DNA of 35,142 bases. It comes from a virus. Taxonomy: Duplodnaviria > Caudoviricetes. The stretch is taken from the IMG/VR virus record IMGVR_UViG_3300025133_010191, positions 1 to 35,142 of that record; one strand, given 5' to 3'. Below the pieces are notes generated by a model. That model saw nothing but the letters and a program-made list of their open reading frames with translations, was not told the origin of the DNA and did not search any database. Positions 17,179 to 25,609 of this stretch are shown here, one piece after another. A program made the translations under genes and the position numbers. Position 1 is the stretch's first letter; each line of letters starts with the position of its first letter.

Positions 17179-17206
17179 CTTAGTCTCCTTGTTTTATGAG
17201 TCTAAA

Positions 17207-17377
17207 CTAATTATTCTCAAGCTCATCTTCGAACACTTTATAAGCAGCATCAAAACAAGTTCCACACTCATCTGCGATTCCCAGAAGCTCCATCAGGTCA
17301 ACAAAGTCATCGTAGCCGCTGGTAACAGCTTTTCGAATTTCTTTATCTGATACTGCTCTACGGGCACAGATTATCAT
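17207..17377 (-). CDS. Bfd-like (bacterioferritin-associated ferredoxin) protein, 56 aa, one Cys ligand replaced (missing from the ORF track)
   Basis: MIICARRAVSDKEIRKAVTSGYDDFVDLMELLGIADECGTCFDAAYKVFEDELENN; Bfd pattern C-x-C...VSD..IR.AV...CG.C with Arg at the second Cys; GGAG RBS and upstream promoter. Confidence 0.75.
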   Translation of the reverse strand: MIICARRAVSDKEIRKAVTSGYDDFVDLMELLGIADECGTCFDAAYKVFEDELENN

Positions 17378-17397
17378 TCAAAGCCTTCTCCGGATTT

Positions 17398-17427
17398 ATT
17401 ATAACGAGCAAACTATTTTTTTTGCAC
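17398..17427 (-). promoter_or_regulatory. Sigma70-like promoter
   Basis: GTGCAA-18 bp-TATAAT upstream of the Bfd-like gene. Confidence 0.5.
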
Positions 17428-17661
17428 TAAAATATTATTAGGATCAATTTCATAATCCTGGGGTGCTTTTTCTAGCCATCTCTCGTCGATCTCACGAGGT
17501 TCTTCGTTCTGGAATTTTACCCAGTACACATTCGATCTCCACGGAGATCTGTCTTGAGAAATCTTAAATATAAACCCTAGTTTGCCGGAATCTTTGTTCG
17601 GGTTTTTCAAAAAAACATATCGAACAAGATCACCTGGAATGAAGTGTCTAGAGTCACACAT
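17413..17661 (-). CDS. Small SH3/KOW-like protein
   Basis: FIPGDLVRY...GKLGFI...YWVKF...WLE. Confidence 0.75.
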   Translation of the reverse strand: MCDSRHFIPGDLVRYVFLKNPNKDSGKLGFIFKISQDRSPWRSNVYWVKFQNEEPREIDERWLEKAPQDYEIDPNNILVQKK

Positions 17662-17836
17662 GCTGCTTTAATAATTCGTGCGGGGCGAAAGCACGAAGTT
17701 CGCTATTTACAAGAACAGTAAACCTTCGACTATAATGAGCAGTATCATTAACTTGCACGATAACGCCTTTTGAACCGTGCAAAGAGTCGGGCGGCGGGAT
17801 CATCCTGATTTCGACTAGATCACCCTTTGTCAGCAC
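17654..17836 (-). CDS. Small SH3/KOW-like protein
   Basis: LTKGDLVEI...GSKGVIV...FTVLV...HEL. Confidence 0.75.
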   Translation of the reverse strand: MLTKGDLVEIRMIPPPDSLHGSKGVIVQVNDTAHYSRRFTVLVNSELRAFAPHELLKQHV

Positions 17837-18041
17837 GTTCCACCAGTACTAACTTATTGTCATAGACAAATTCTTTTAATCCGTTGCTAAACAAAATTTC
17901 GTAAACATCTCGAACGTTATGCCCGTATCGGTGTGCCATTACGATTGGCCACGTATTAGAAAACTTAAGAACAACACCGGTCATTTCTGAATTGTTGTGG
18001 AAAACAAGGTCTCCAGGGTAGAACTTTTTTCTCTTTCCCAA
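17820..18041 (-). CDS. Small SH3/KOW-like protein
   Basis: FYPGDLVFH...TGVVL...YEILFSNG...KLVLV. Confidence 0.75.
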   Translation of the reverse strand: MGKRKKFYPGDLVFHNNSEMTGVVLKFSNTWPIVMAHRYGHNVRDVYEILFSNGLKEFVYDNKLVLVERADKG

Positions 18042-18043
18042 TA

Positions 18044-18373
18044 TTAGACTCGGCCGTAATTGTCATCCAGACGGACGACGTCGTCTAGTTCGGGAGTAGA
18101 CACCTCTACAATTCGACAATCACTAACTGCAGTCATTCGGTGAACAGTATCTGGCGGGATATGCGCTGCTTCCCCAGGATGCAAAATCTTTTCATCTCCA
18201 TCCTGCTCAAATAGAAGCTCTCCATCTAAGATCAATATCGTCTCATCCTTCTCAATATGAAACTGCCTAGAAAGAGCGTGTCCTTCTTTGATAACAAGGA
18301 TTTTTCCAACGTACTTATCTGTGTGCGCCCATAAGACTTCATGTCCCCAAGGCTTTTCAATTACATTACTCAT
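18044..18373 (-). CDS. Cupin domain protein (mannose-6-phosphate isomerase-like)
   Basis: MSNVIEKPWGHE...LSRQFHIEKDET...HIPPDTVHRM...EVSTPELDDVVRLDDNYGR. Confidence 0.88.
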   Translation of the reverse strand: MSNVIEKPWGHEVLWAHTDKYVGKILVIKEGHALSRQFHIEKDETILILDGELLFEQDGDEKILHPGEAAHIPPDTVHRMTAVSDCRIVEVSTPELDDVVRLDDNYGRV

Positions 18374-18998
18374 GCTCTTCATCTTTTTCATCTTTTGATT
18401 TAGAAGTCCACGTTCCAGTCTCATTACCTTCAGCCGCCCATCCTGGTCGGTCAGTGCGAGAGTAAAGTTCGAGATAGGGCCCGGCTGATCTTTTTTCCAC
18501 GAAGTCGTAAAACTCTTCCGGTTTTCGTGAATGTTCACGGCGTGGTGCGAAAATATAGTCCCTCGAGGTGCATAAACCTCTGCCGTTTACTACATTTTCA
18601 GGATCATCAGTACCGCTGTAACGTGTATTCTTTCCCATTCCCTTGTCATACCTGACTGCAAAGATACACATTTCAGTATATCTCATTCCGTATGGAGTGG
18701 GGCTGCCTACATTGCTCTTCACCCACGGGATGAGTGTAATCGGAGTGAAACCCAGGCGCTCAATAACTTCTATTGCCGGGATGATACCTTGATCTTTTCC
18801 TGCAGTAAATGAATTAACTGCCCACATATACATGTGTGCCTCAGGGGCAACGCCGTATTCATTAAACCAGCTGTTCAAAGTAGTAACGATCGACTCTTTG
18901 GATTGCACATTATAGTGAGTAGAGGGTTGCAAAGATTTATGCCCTACGCCCCCAGTGCTTTTCTTCCAGGGAGGATCGATCATTACCGTTTTGAACAT
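18366..18998 (-). CDS. MT-A70 family adenine methyltransferase
   Basis: DPPW catalytic motif, HSRKPEEFY, YLELYSR...GW...GNE. Confidence 0.9.
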   Translation of the reverse strand: MFKTVMIDPPWKKSTGGVGHKSLQPSTHYNVQSKESIVTTLNSWFNEYGVAPEAHMYMWAVNSFTAGKDQGIIPAIEVIERLGFTPITLIPWVKSNVGSPTPYGMRYTEMCIFAVRYDKGMGKNTRYSGTDDPENVVNGRGLCTSRDYIFAPRREHSRKPEEFYDFVEKRSAGPYLELYSRTDRPGWAAEGNETGTWTSKSKDEKDEEHE

Positions 18999-19005
18999 TT
19001 GATTC

Positions 19006-19437
19006 CTACTGCTGAATTTCTACAAGTTCAATCTCAAAATTAAGGTCCTTACCTGCCATCGGGTGATTGAAGTCAACATTAACTGCTTCTTCCTTCACTT
19101 CGTTGATGGTTCCTATGACTGGCCCGTTTGGACCGAAGCCCTGGATCATGGCACCTTCGACATACTCAAAGTCATCTGGAAAATTATCCTTTGAGATATC
19201 AACAACTGCTTCGGTGTTAATAGGGCCGTAAGCCTCTTCTGGAGTCAAAGTAATATTCTTTGTCTCTCCCGTAGTCATACCCACAACTGCAGTATCAAAT
19301 CCTGGAATCATTTGCCCAGATCCAACTTCGAAAGTTAGGGTTTCATTACGACTATGCGAGCTATCAAACTCGGTTCCGTCGTTAAGGGTGCCACGATAGT
19401 GGACACTGATTGTATTGCCATTCTCTACTGTGCTCAT
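19006..19437 (-). CDS. FKBP-type peptidyl-prolyl isomerase (SlyD/SlpA-like)
   Basis: AAGGAG RBS before MSTVENG; VHYRGTLNDGTEFDSS, GQMIPGFD, PEEAYG, VDFNHPMAGKDLNFEIEL. Confidence 0.93.
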   Translation of the reverse strand: MSTVENGNTISVHYRGTLNDGTEFDSSHSRNETLTFEVGSGQMIPGFDTAVVGMTTGETKNITLTPEEAYGPINTEAVVDISKDNFPDDFEYVEGAMIQGFGPNGPVIGTINEVKEEAVNVDFNHPMAGKDLNFEIELVEIQQ

Positions 19438-19447
19438 TTTATTCTCC

Positions 19448-19630
19448 TTATAAGTCCATGTGCAGTGTAGTTGTTTCATCAGGACTTTCGGAATCTCGAT
19501 ATCCTGTTTGCGATTTTGTGAATCGATCAGCTGTCATATGACGAAGTTGATCTTTTAGTTCTTTGTTCTCTTTTTGCAGCTTATTAATGATATCTTGAAG
19601 ATGTTTTTCTCTGTTTGTGGCTTTTGTCAT
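19448..19630 (-). CDS. Small coiled-coil hypothetical protein
   Basis: LQDIINKLQKENKELKDQL; abuts the ligase stop. Confidence 0.6.
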   Translation of the reverse strand: MTKATNREKHLQDIINKLQKENKELKDQLRHMTADRFTKSQTGYRDSESPDETTTLHMDL

Positions 19631-20914
19631 TTAACAAGTTCGCTCATCGCCATGAATCACTTTTACCACTGGAAACCTTAGACTAAAGGTTCCTTCCTGG
19701 TTTTGGCTCTCTTCAAAGTACTGCACGGTAATAACTTTGTTCAAGATATCTTGTGGGTTTTTAAAGAAATGTTTTCGTTCCTCGATCGTAAATCCAGATC
19801 CGACACCTACATCATTCTTCTTATGTACGATCACAACGTTAGAAAGCATCTCTTCTTCCACTTCGCGCCCTTCGACTACGTAGCGGAACGGCCCAAAGGA
19901 CACATCCTTCACGCGATACTCTGCATCGTGCATGGTTTTAACCTTCAGGATGTCCTTTGACCGCTTGCCCTTATATGTGGTATCAAGCCGGAGCATCAAA
20001 CCTTCCCAGCCAGCATTCTGGGCTTCCTGGCGCCACTTCTCAAAGTCCTCGATACCTGCAACCCTCTGCTGGTGGAGAACGCTGAGGTGCTTTGCTTTAA
20101 ACGGGACAGTGTCTCGAAGGCGACTAAGACGCGTGAGGAACCCATCTTCAGACGTACCAGACTGGAAGTCGGAGAGATCGATCATATCAAAGATCTGGAA
20201 CAGGCCATTCTCGACGGTGTGATCCTTGCGACGGATTTCCTTCATCATGCTCTGGAAATCCTCATCTCCGTTCTCGTCGACTAGGCACATCTCGCCGTCA
20301 AAGACAACGTTGGTCACACCGAGTGCTTCGATCTCTTCTTCTACTTTCCTCAAAGTTTGGAACTGTTTTCCAGATCGCGCCCATGACGAGGCGTGGCCGT
20401 TCTCATCTACCATCACCAGACATCTAACGCCGTCTAGTTTCCGAGATACCACCCAAACCTGATTTTCGAAATCAACTTTCTTAGCAGTCTTCTCATCATA
20501 CGAGTTTGCCAATGCTACGTCGAACGTGGGAATGAGATTATCACACGCTCGATTAATAAGCTTCTCTGACGCTCTGATTTTTAAGCTTCTGTCTAGGATT
20601 AAAGTTAGTACTTCTTTCCACTCTCCGTTTTCACGCAGGAAGGAATTTGTTTGGGACAGGGCTTTGTGGCCTGTAATCTCTCGCGCGTTTAGGGCGTCGA
20701 GCAAGTCAAAAACTGTGTCATAATCACATGTATCATCACAGAGATCAGACCTCTTTTGAAGGTTCTTGACTCCGACGTGATACTGCAAGTAAGGATTGTA
20801 CGTATAGTAGAGTGTCTTTCGGATTAGATCGTCGGCATTCTCGAGCAGTTGAACCTTATCTAAGACTGAGGACGTTGCTTGCATCTCATCAAGAAAAGTG
20901 TGTAGGTTTTTCAT
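19631..20914 (-). CDS. ATP-dependent DNA ligase
   Basis: Motif I SRKLDGVR, VFDGE, FQIFD, WEGLMLR, KVK, VGSGFT, SLRFPV; ATG 20914 overlaps the upstream TGA. Confidence 0.95.
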   Translation of the reverse strand: MKNLHTFLDEMQATSSVLDKVQLLENADDLIRKTLYYTYNPYLQYHVGVKNLQKRSDLCDDTCDYDTVFDLLDALNAREITGHKALSQTNSFLRENGEWKEVLTLILDRSLKIRASEKLINRACDNLIPTFDVALANSYDEKTAKKVDFENQVWVVSRKLDGVRCLVMVDENGHASSWARSGKQFQTLRKVEEEIEALGVTNVVFDGEMCLVDENGDEDFQSMMKEIRRKDHTVENGLFQIFDMIDLSDFQSGTSEDGFLTRLSRLRDTVPFKAKHLSVLHQQRVAGIEDFEKWRQEAQNAGWEGLMLRLDTTYKGKRSKDILKVKTMHDAEYRVKDVSFGPFRYVVEGREVEEEMLSNVVIVHKKNDVGVGSGFTIEERKHFFKNPQDILNKVITVQYFEESQNQEGTFSLRFPVVKVIHGDERTC

Positions 20915-21444
20915 CAGTGGGTGTGACCTTTCCACAGATTCGTACGATATTTACATACAAACTGGACTGGATCTAGGTGGTCATCTTTAAGGTTTCCCTT
21001 ATTCCGATATACTTCTAAGTGAAGATGGGACCCTAAGGCTTTTCCAGTGGATCCGACTTCCCCGAGGAGTGTTCCTGCCTTTACTGTCTGCCCCTTCTTT
21101 ACAAGAATCTTGGACATATGCGAGTACTTAAACTTCAAGCCACTGGGTGATCGAACCATTACCTGCAGGCCGCCTCCGGCGGAGGATTGGCGGGCGTAGT
21201 AGACGTAACCCTCGGTGATACTTCGAATAGAAACACCTTCATCAGATTCAATATCAATTCCGTAGTGAAACTTCTTGCCGGGCCCGAAAGGATTATCCCT
21301 CATTCCGTAATGTGAGGTAATTCGGCCAAACCGGTAATCGATGGGAAGCTTGCAATCTGGGCCTCTATCAGAGACAACGTCTACAGATTCCATAGCAACA
21401 ACATTTGATGGTGCTGACAGTACTAGCAAAGCAATGAGAACCAT
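20914..21444 (-). CDS. Secreted M23 family peptidase
   Basis: Signal peptide; ITSHYG.R, HYGID (HxxxD), YSHM, GSTG, HLHLEV. Confidence 0.93.
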   Translation of the reverse strand: MVLIALLVLSAPSNVVAMESVDVVSDRGPDCKLPIDYRFGRITSHYGMRDNPFGPGKKFHYGIDIESDEGVSIRSITEGYVYYARQSSAGGGLQVMVRSPSGLKFKYSHMSKILVKKGQTVKAGTLLGEVGSTGKALGSHLHLEVYRNKGNLKDDHLDPVQFVCKYRTNLWKGHTH

Positions 21445-21462
21445 ATGTTCCTCCTCGCTTTT

Positions 21463-21491
21463 ATTATACTGTATGGGTGTATAATTTACAC
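21463..21491 (-). promoter_or_regulatory. Sigma70-like promoter
   Basis: GTGTAA-17 bp-TATAAT, then GAGGAGG RBS of the M23 gene. Confidence 0.6.
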
Positions 21492-21506
21492 AAAAATAAT
21501 GTGAGC

Positions 21507-22391
21507 TTACTTACCTAAATCAGGCTCATCAAAGACTTCAACGTCACCTGGAAGAGTTGGGGCGCCTGCCGCTTCCCAGTCTTCTTTTGAAATAGTTGTA
21601 ATCTTTTCACCGGTGCGCTTATCTGTAACTTCAACACCTCGGGACCAGGCTGCAGCGCCGAATCCAGAAATTCCTGGCAGAAGCGCAGAATCAGTGAGAT
21701 CAACATCTTCTTCTGGTTCATCACCTGGGTGCGCTGCTGAGCCTATGCCTAGTTTTACAAGAGCTGTTGCTGCTGCTCGGTCATTCGCGGGGCTGATATC
21801 GGCGCCGATTTGTGCAAGCATGTCTTCAATTGCAGCATCAAGATCTTCATCTGACGTCTCTTCTGACTTTACAAGAGATTTTCTTTGTTTTTCAGGTTCG
21901 ACTGCTTCGGGCTCATCAAATACAACATCTTCTGCTTTGAAATCCCCAATAAATCCTTTTCGCCCGGCGATTATGCCGGCGTCGACCATGTCAGCCATTG
22001 CGCTCACTAGGGCGGAGTCTGCATCATCTCTATCTAAGGCTATAGCCAGAGACTTAAGAGTTCCGGGGCCAACTACTCCATCAACATCAAGCTCTTCAAA
22101 GCTTTGAAATGTTGCCAGGGCAGTTGCTGTCTTTGGTCCCCAGGCTCCGTCATCCTCACCGGGTGCCAAAGCCCCTACTGCGATCAGTGCACGTTGTATG
22201 TCTTCGATTTCATCGCGGGATGCTCTGCGTGCTTCTACAAGCATATCTTTTGCAATCTCTGCGATCATACCTCGAAGGCCGGCCTCGTTCATTGTAAATG
22301 CCTGGTCTTGCGTAGACTCAGCGATTTGTTCTGTCTCTACAGACTCGTTAAGAAGACCTGCGATCTTGTTCCAGCGATTAAATGTCGTCAT
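21507..22391 (-). CDS. Acidic peptidoglycan-binding protein with leader-like N-terminus
   Basis: RWNKIAGLLNE and LRGMIAEIAKDMLVE precede IQRALIAVG...DDGAWGPKTATALATFQ...LDVDGVVGPGT. Confidence 0.85.
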   Translation of the reverse strand: MTTFNRWNKIAGLLNESVETEQIAESTQDQAFTMNEAGLRGMIAEIAKDMLVEARRASRDEIEDIQRALIAVGALAPGEDDGAWGPKTATALATFQSFEELDVDGVVGPGTLKSLAIALDRDDADSALVSAMADMVDAGIIAGRKGFIGDFKAEDVVFDEPEAVEPEKQRKSLVKSEETSDEDLDAAIEDMLAQIGADISPANDRAAATALVKLGIGSAAHPGDEPEEDVDLTDSALLPGISGFGAAAWSRGVEVTDKRTGEKITTISKEDWEAAGAPTLPGDVEVFDEPDLGK

Positions 22392-22433
22392 AATTACACT
22401 CCATGGGATAATATTAATTATCTGTTATCTTTA

Positions 22434-24692
22434 TTAATTGTCTAAAGTAAATACTTCCACCTCTTGAGTCCATGCGCGGCGATGGTGAGAAGATATCTCT
22501 TCAAGATCCCACTGCCCGAAATCAAAACCTGGAAGCAAAGCTGTTGTCATACGATATAAGAATGCCCCTGAACCGGGGTGATCAATCTCGGATTCGAGAT
22601 CATTCTGTGGGAAGTAGGGTAGTTTGAATTTAGTCAAGTGTCCTGGGACAAACACATGCCACTGGTTACCGGTGCTTGCTTCTGCAAGTGTAAACATATA
22701 CAGCGACGGCTGCGGGCTGATTGGTTGTGTTCTCCACTGCATCATGCGATTTCTTAAGAAGCTTCCTCGTGTTGGCTGATTCATGCTGGGAAACTGCATC
22801 ATCTGCCCTAGCATAACTCCTCCGCTTATATCGTCTGGTCCGGATCTAATAATTGCACTATACGGCTCATTATAACTGTAGCTTCCATGACAAGATAAAC
22901 CCCTGCTGCCCTCCCGACAAGTTTGACCTCGTTGACAGTCGGTATGCATACGACAAGAAACTACATTGTCATAGTCTGGATCCCAGGCTCTTGTATACGT
23001 TCCTGCATAAAACGTGAGCATTTGCCCCGGTACTGACGGTATGCTTTCAACTACGACATGCGTGCGGGCTGCTGTCTTGGTGCTCAAGTGATACACTCCC
23101 TCACCTCCAAAATCTAAGAAAGTAGAAACTTTGGAATGCGTTGGCCCTTCTCGGGTGCCGGCATAGAAAGGAGCTTCGGGCAATGTGATAACTGTAGAGT
23201 TTTCCAAGTCGTATTCTAAATTAATTACAATGTCGCTTACAGTCTCACCAAACACAGCATTAATTCCTCGTCGGATTCCCATTTGACGCACAGAGGTTAT
23301 CTCTTGAGTTCTAACATTTATTACTCCGGTAAAAGCAACCAGGGCGAACCTTCCTGGAATAGTGATGAAATCGAATGGCGCATTATCTTCAAAGATAGTA
23401 TCGTTGCCAAAGATGACAATGCAGTTTCCGCTTGAGAACCAAGTGCAGGGTCTTCCGCCTTGCGGAACAGGTTGCTCCCACGCAGTTGCCTTGGGTGTTT
23501 TTCTGCTAAAGATATTCTTCTGGGTGAGGTCGATGAATCCAAATGCACGCTCGTAAGGTCCGAGAGTGTTTGGATCGAATAGTGCCTTCGAGAATCCAGT
23601 GACCACACCTCTTATTCTAGGGAATACAACAGGAGGCTGGGAGGGTGGTGCGCCGGAAGAGGGGGGTGAAGGAAAAGAGCAGTTTAGGTAAACTGTAAGG
23701 TCTTCGGAAGGCACCTCAACATAAGTCTCTGTGTCACAATATCTTGCTGCAATAGTCACTGTTTGGGCGCCGTAGACGCTAGGGCCACTCAGCGTTGCTA
23801 GCCCAAGCTGGTTTGTCTTTTTAGCGTATCGGGGTTCTTGTTCTACGCCCAACCAAACCAAGGAGTCTGCCAGCGGTATTCTTTCCCCCTGAATTATTGT
23901 CAGGACTTTTACATTAAACGATCCCGACACATTGTTGCCATGCACACCGCCAGTAATGAAGGCTGGGTCATAATACTCAAACCCTCCTCGAATATCTGTA
24001 GTACTACCATTAGAATCTATAGAAACGTCTACATATCCTGTCAATCCTTGCGGAGTATAGACGTTCAAAGTGTTTTCATCTGGTGCATCCTCGACAATGC
24101 CGGGCATTCCACCAAACATAACTGAAGCTGTCTCGCTGCCAATACCCACAGAAACTAAAGTAACATATGTACCACCCGCAATTGATCCTCGGTTTGGGTG
24201 TACTTGCGGTGCATTCTCATCCACGTATTCAAAATCAGACGACGTTGATACTCCTAGGCTGTTCTGCACTCTAATCTCAGCAGGCCCTGGTGTACCCGGA
24301 GGTAATCGGAAAGTAATTACGCGCTGGTTTACGCTGAACACATCCTCAGCAGCTTGTCCTGACACTGTTACTGTGGTATCTGGCATGAACCCATAGCCCC
24401 GGAGTCGGACACGCGGGCCTCCCAAAACAGGACCGGTTGGTGGTGTGATCTCCTGGATATGCACTGCAGGACCAGAATCATAAGCTTGAGGTTGGCGGGA
24501 TGGACCTGCATCTCGAGGAGGTGGAGCAGAAGTTCTTCCTGCATCATACTTGAGATTAATTATGGGTCCCACGTCATGAGGCGGTGATTCTATTTGCTCA
24601 ATACACGCAGCTAAAAACCCTAGCAGAGCGATATTAAAAATCTGTAAAGTTAGCTTCTTCAAACTCGATCGCATTCTTCTCATCGAGAACAT
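22434..24692 (-). CDS. IPT/TIG-repeat lipoprotein, myxobacterial type
   Basis: Lipobox LAAC, DAG/Pro-rich linker, two IPT/TIG repeats (ITPPTGPVLGG..V.LRG.GF; VHPNRGSIAGGT.VTL), Cys-rich insert. True start probably slightly downstream of 24692. Confidence 0.8.
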   Translation of the reverse strand: MFSMRRMRSSLKKLTLQIFNIALLGFLAACIEQIESPPHDVGPIINLKYDAGRTSAPPPRDAGPSRQPQAYDSGPAVHIQEITPPTGPVLGGPRVRLRGYGFMPDTTVTVSGQAAEDVFSVNQRVITFRLPPGTPGPAEIRVQNSLGVSTSSDFEYVDENAPQVHPNRGSIAGGTYVTLVSVGIGSETASVMFGGMPGIVEDAPDENTLNVYTPQGLTGYVDVSIDSNGSTTDIRGGFEYYDPAFITGGVHGNNVSGSFNVKVLTIIQGERIPLADSLVWLGVEQEPRYAKKTNQLGLATLSGPSVYGAQTVTIAARYCDTETYVEVPSEDLTVYLNCSFPSPPSSGAPPSQPPVVFPRIRGVVTGFSKALFDPNTLGPYERAFGFIDLTQKNIFSRKTPKATAWEQPVPQGGRPCTWFSSGNCIVIFGNDTIFEDNAPFDFITIPGRFALVAFTGVINVRTQEITSVRQMGIRRGINAVFGETVSDIVINLEYDLENSTVITLPEAPFYAGTREGPTHSKVSTFLDFGGEGVYHLSTKTAARTHVVVESIPSVPGQMLTFYAGTYTRAWDPDYDNVVSCRMHTDCQRGQTCREGSRGLSCHGSYSYNEPYSAIIRSGPDDISGGVMLGQMMQFPSMNQPTRGSFLRNRMMQWRTQPISPQPSLYMFTLAEASTGNQWHVFVPGHLTKFKLPYFPQNDLESEIDHPGSGAFLYRMTTALLPGFDFGQWDLEEISSHHRRAWTQEVEVFTLDN

Positions 24693-24795
24693 CCTTAACC
24701 AAGCTCCTGATTATTTTAGGTAATCGATGCTTGAGTTCTAATTCTACTGCTTCTCGAATCATGTGTTCAATCTTAGGTGATAGAATAATTTTCAT
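24634..24795 (-). CDS. 53-aa helical protein (missing from the ORF track)
   Basis: AGGGG RBS; MKIILSPKIEHMIREAVELELKHRLPKIIRSLVKDVLDEKNAIEFEEANFTDF. Confidence 0.6.
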   Translation of the reverse strand: MKIILSPKIEHMIREAVELELKHRLPKIIRSLVKDVLDEKNAIEFEEANFTDF

Positions 24796-24869
24796 GTCAT
24801 TCCCCTGCTCTTTTCACACATAAGCCTGTTATTAGTTTATGCTACACTGGGATTTATCAAAAGCAAAGA

Positions 24870-25148
24870 TTACTTCTTTAGTTTTTTCTGCTTGCCGTGT
24901 GCGAGATATAAAATAACAGCATTGCCTACAAAATAAGACGTAACAACTGCGCCCAAGACGGCATCCTCAACGACTAACAGCGTGTAAAGAACTGATGCAA
25001 ATGCGCTCATCGTAAAGACGCAGTATGCCGGCACAGAAATTGCGTCAGCAGTTTCTGACTTGGCTACGGCTTTAACTTGATGAATAAACAGGAGTATTGC
25101 CAAAGCCTGTGTTGCAATATAAAAACAAGTAAGAAGCGTATCTATCAA
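24870..25148 (-). CDS. PQ-loop/SemiSWEET-like three-TM membrane protein
   Basis: IHQVKAVAKSETADAISVPA, three TM helices, GN in the last helix. Confidence 0.6.
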   Translation of the reverse strand: MIDTLLTCFYIATQALAILLFIHQVKAVAKSETADAISVPAYCVFTMSAFASVLYTLLVVEDAVLGAVVTSYFVGNAVILYLAHGKQKKLKK

Positions 25149-25609
25149 TTTACTAACTCCGCTCGAACTTTATATTTGATATCTGGGACCTTAGTAGTGA
25201 GATATCCTACAGACTTAAAGACATCGCCTTTGACCAAATGCGGTACTTCGACCGGAATACCTGAGCCTGTAATGGCGCGCCCGTAAACGAGAAGATCTCC
25301 GTCAGTAACCACGTATCGATCAGGCTGGAAGTCAACTCGATCGGTCTTATATCCAGTCTTGAATAGCTCGTCGTAAAGCTCTTGCCCGGACCAGTTAGAA
25401 GTAATCATGATCTTAACAGGTACTTCAGGATACCTTGCCACAGATCCCACGCGGACTTGTGGGATATTTGTGTTAGCATTCTTATAATCTACCCCAAGCT
25501 TGAACATTCGACCGAATCCGCCCAGTGTGGAAGCGAAGCGTCGAGTGCCGTATATAGAGAGTTGCTCACGAATTAGTTTTCGGAGTTTTTTCTCTTGGTC
25601 AGTGTTCAT
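25145..25609 (-). CDS. Leader-motif hypothetical protein
   Basis: EKKLRKLIREQL near the N-terminus. Confidence 0.75.
   Translation of the reverse strand: MNTDQEKKLRKLIREQLSIYGTRRFASTLGGFGRMFKLGVDYKNANTNIPQVRVGSVARYPEVPVKIMITSNWSGQELYDELFKTGYKTDRVDFQPDRYVVTDGDLLVYGRAITGSGIPVEVPHLVKGDVFKSVGYLTTKVPDIKYKVRAELVN

Noticed and set aside
14172-18998. Restriction-modification or partition system from the MT-A70, GIY-YIG and ParB-like genes
   Set aside because: The genes are dispersed, with no cognate restriction enzyme, ParA or parS-like repeats seen; each is a common stand-alone phage gene.
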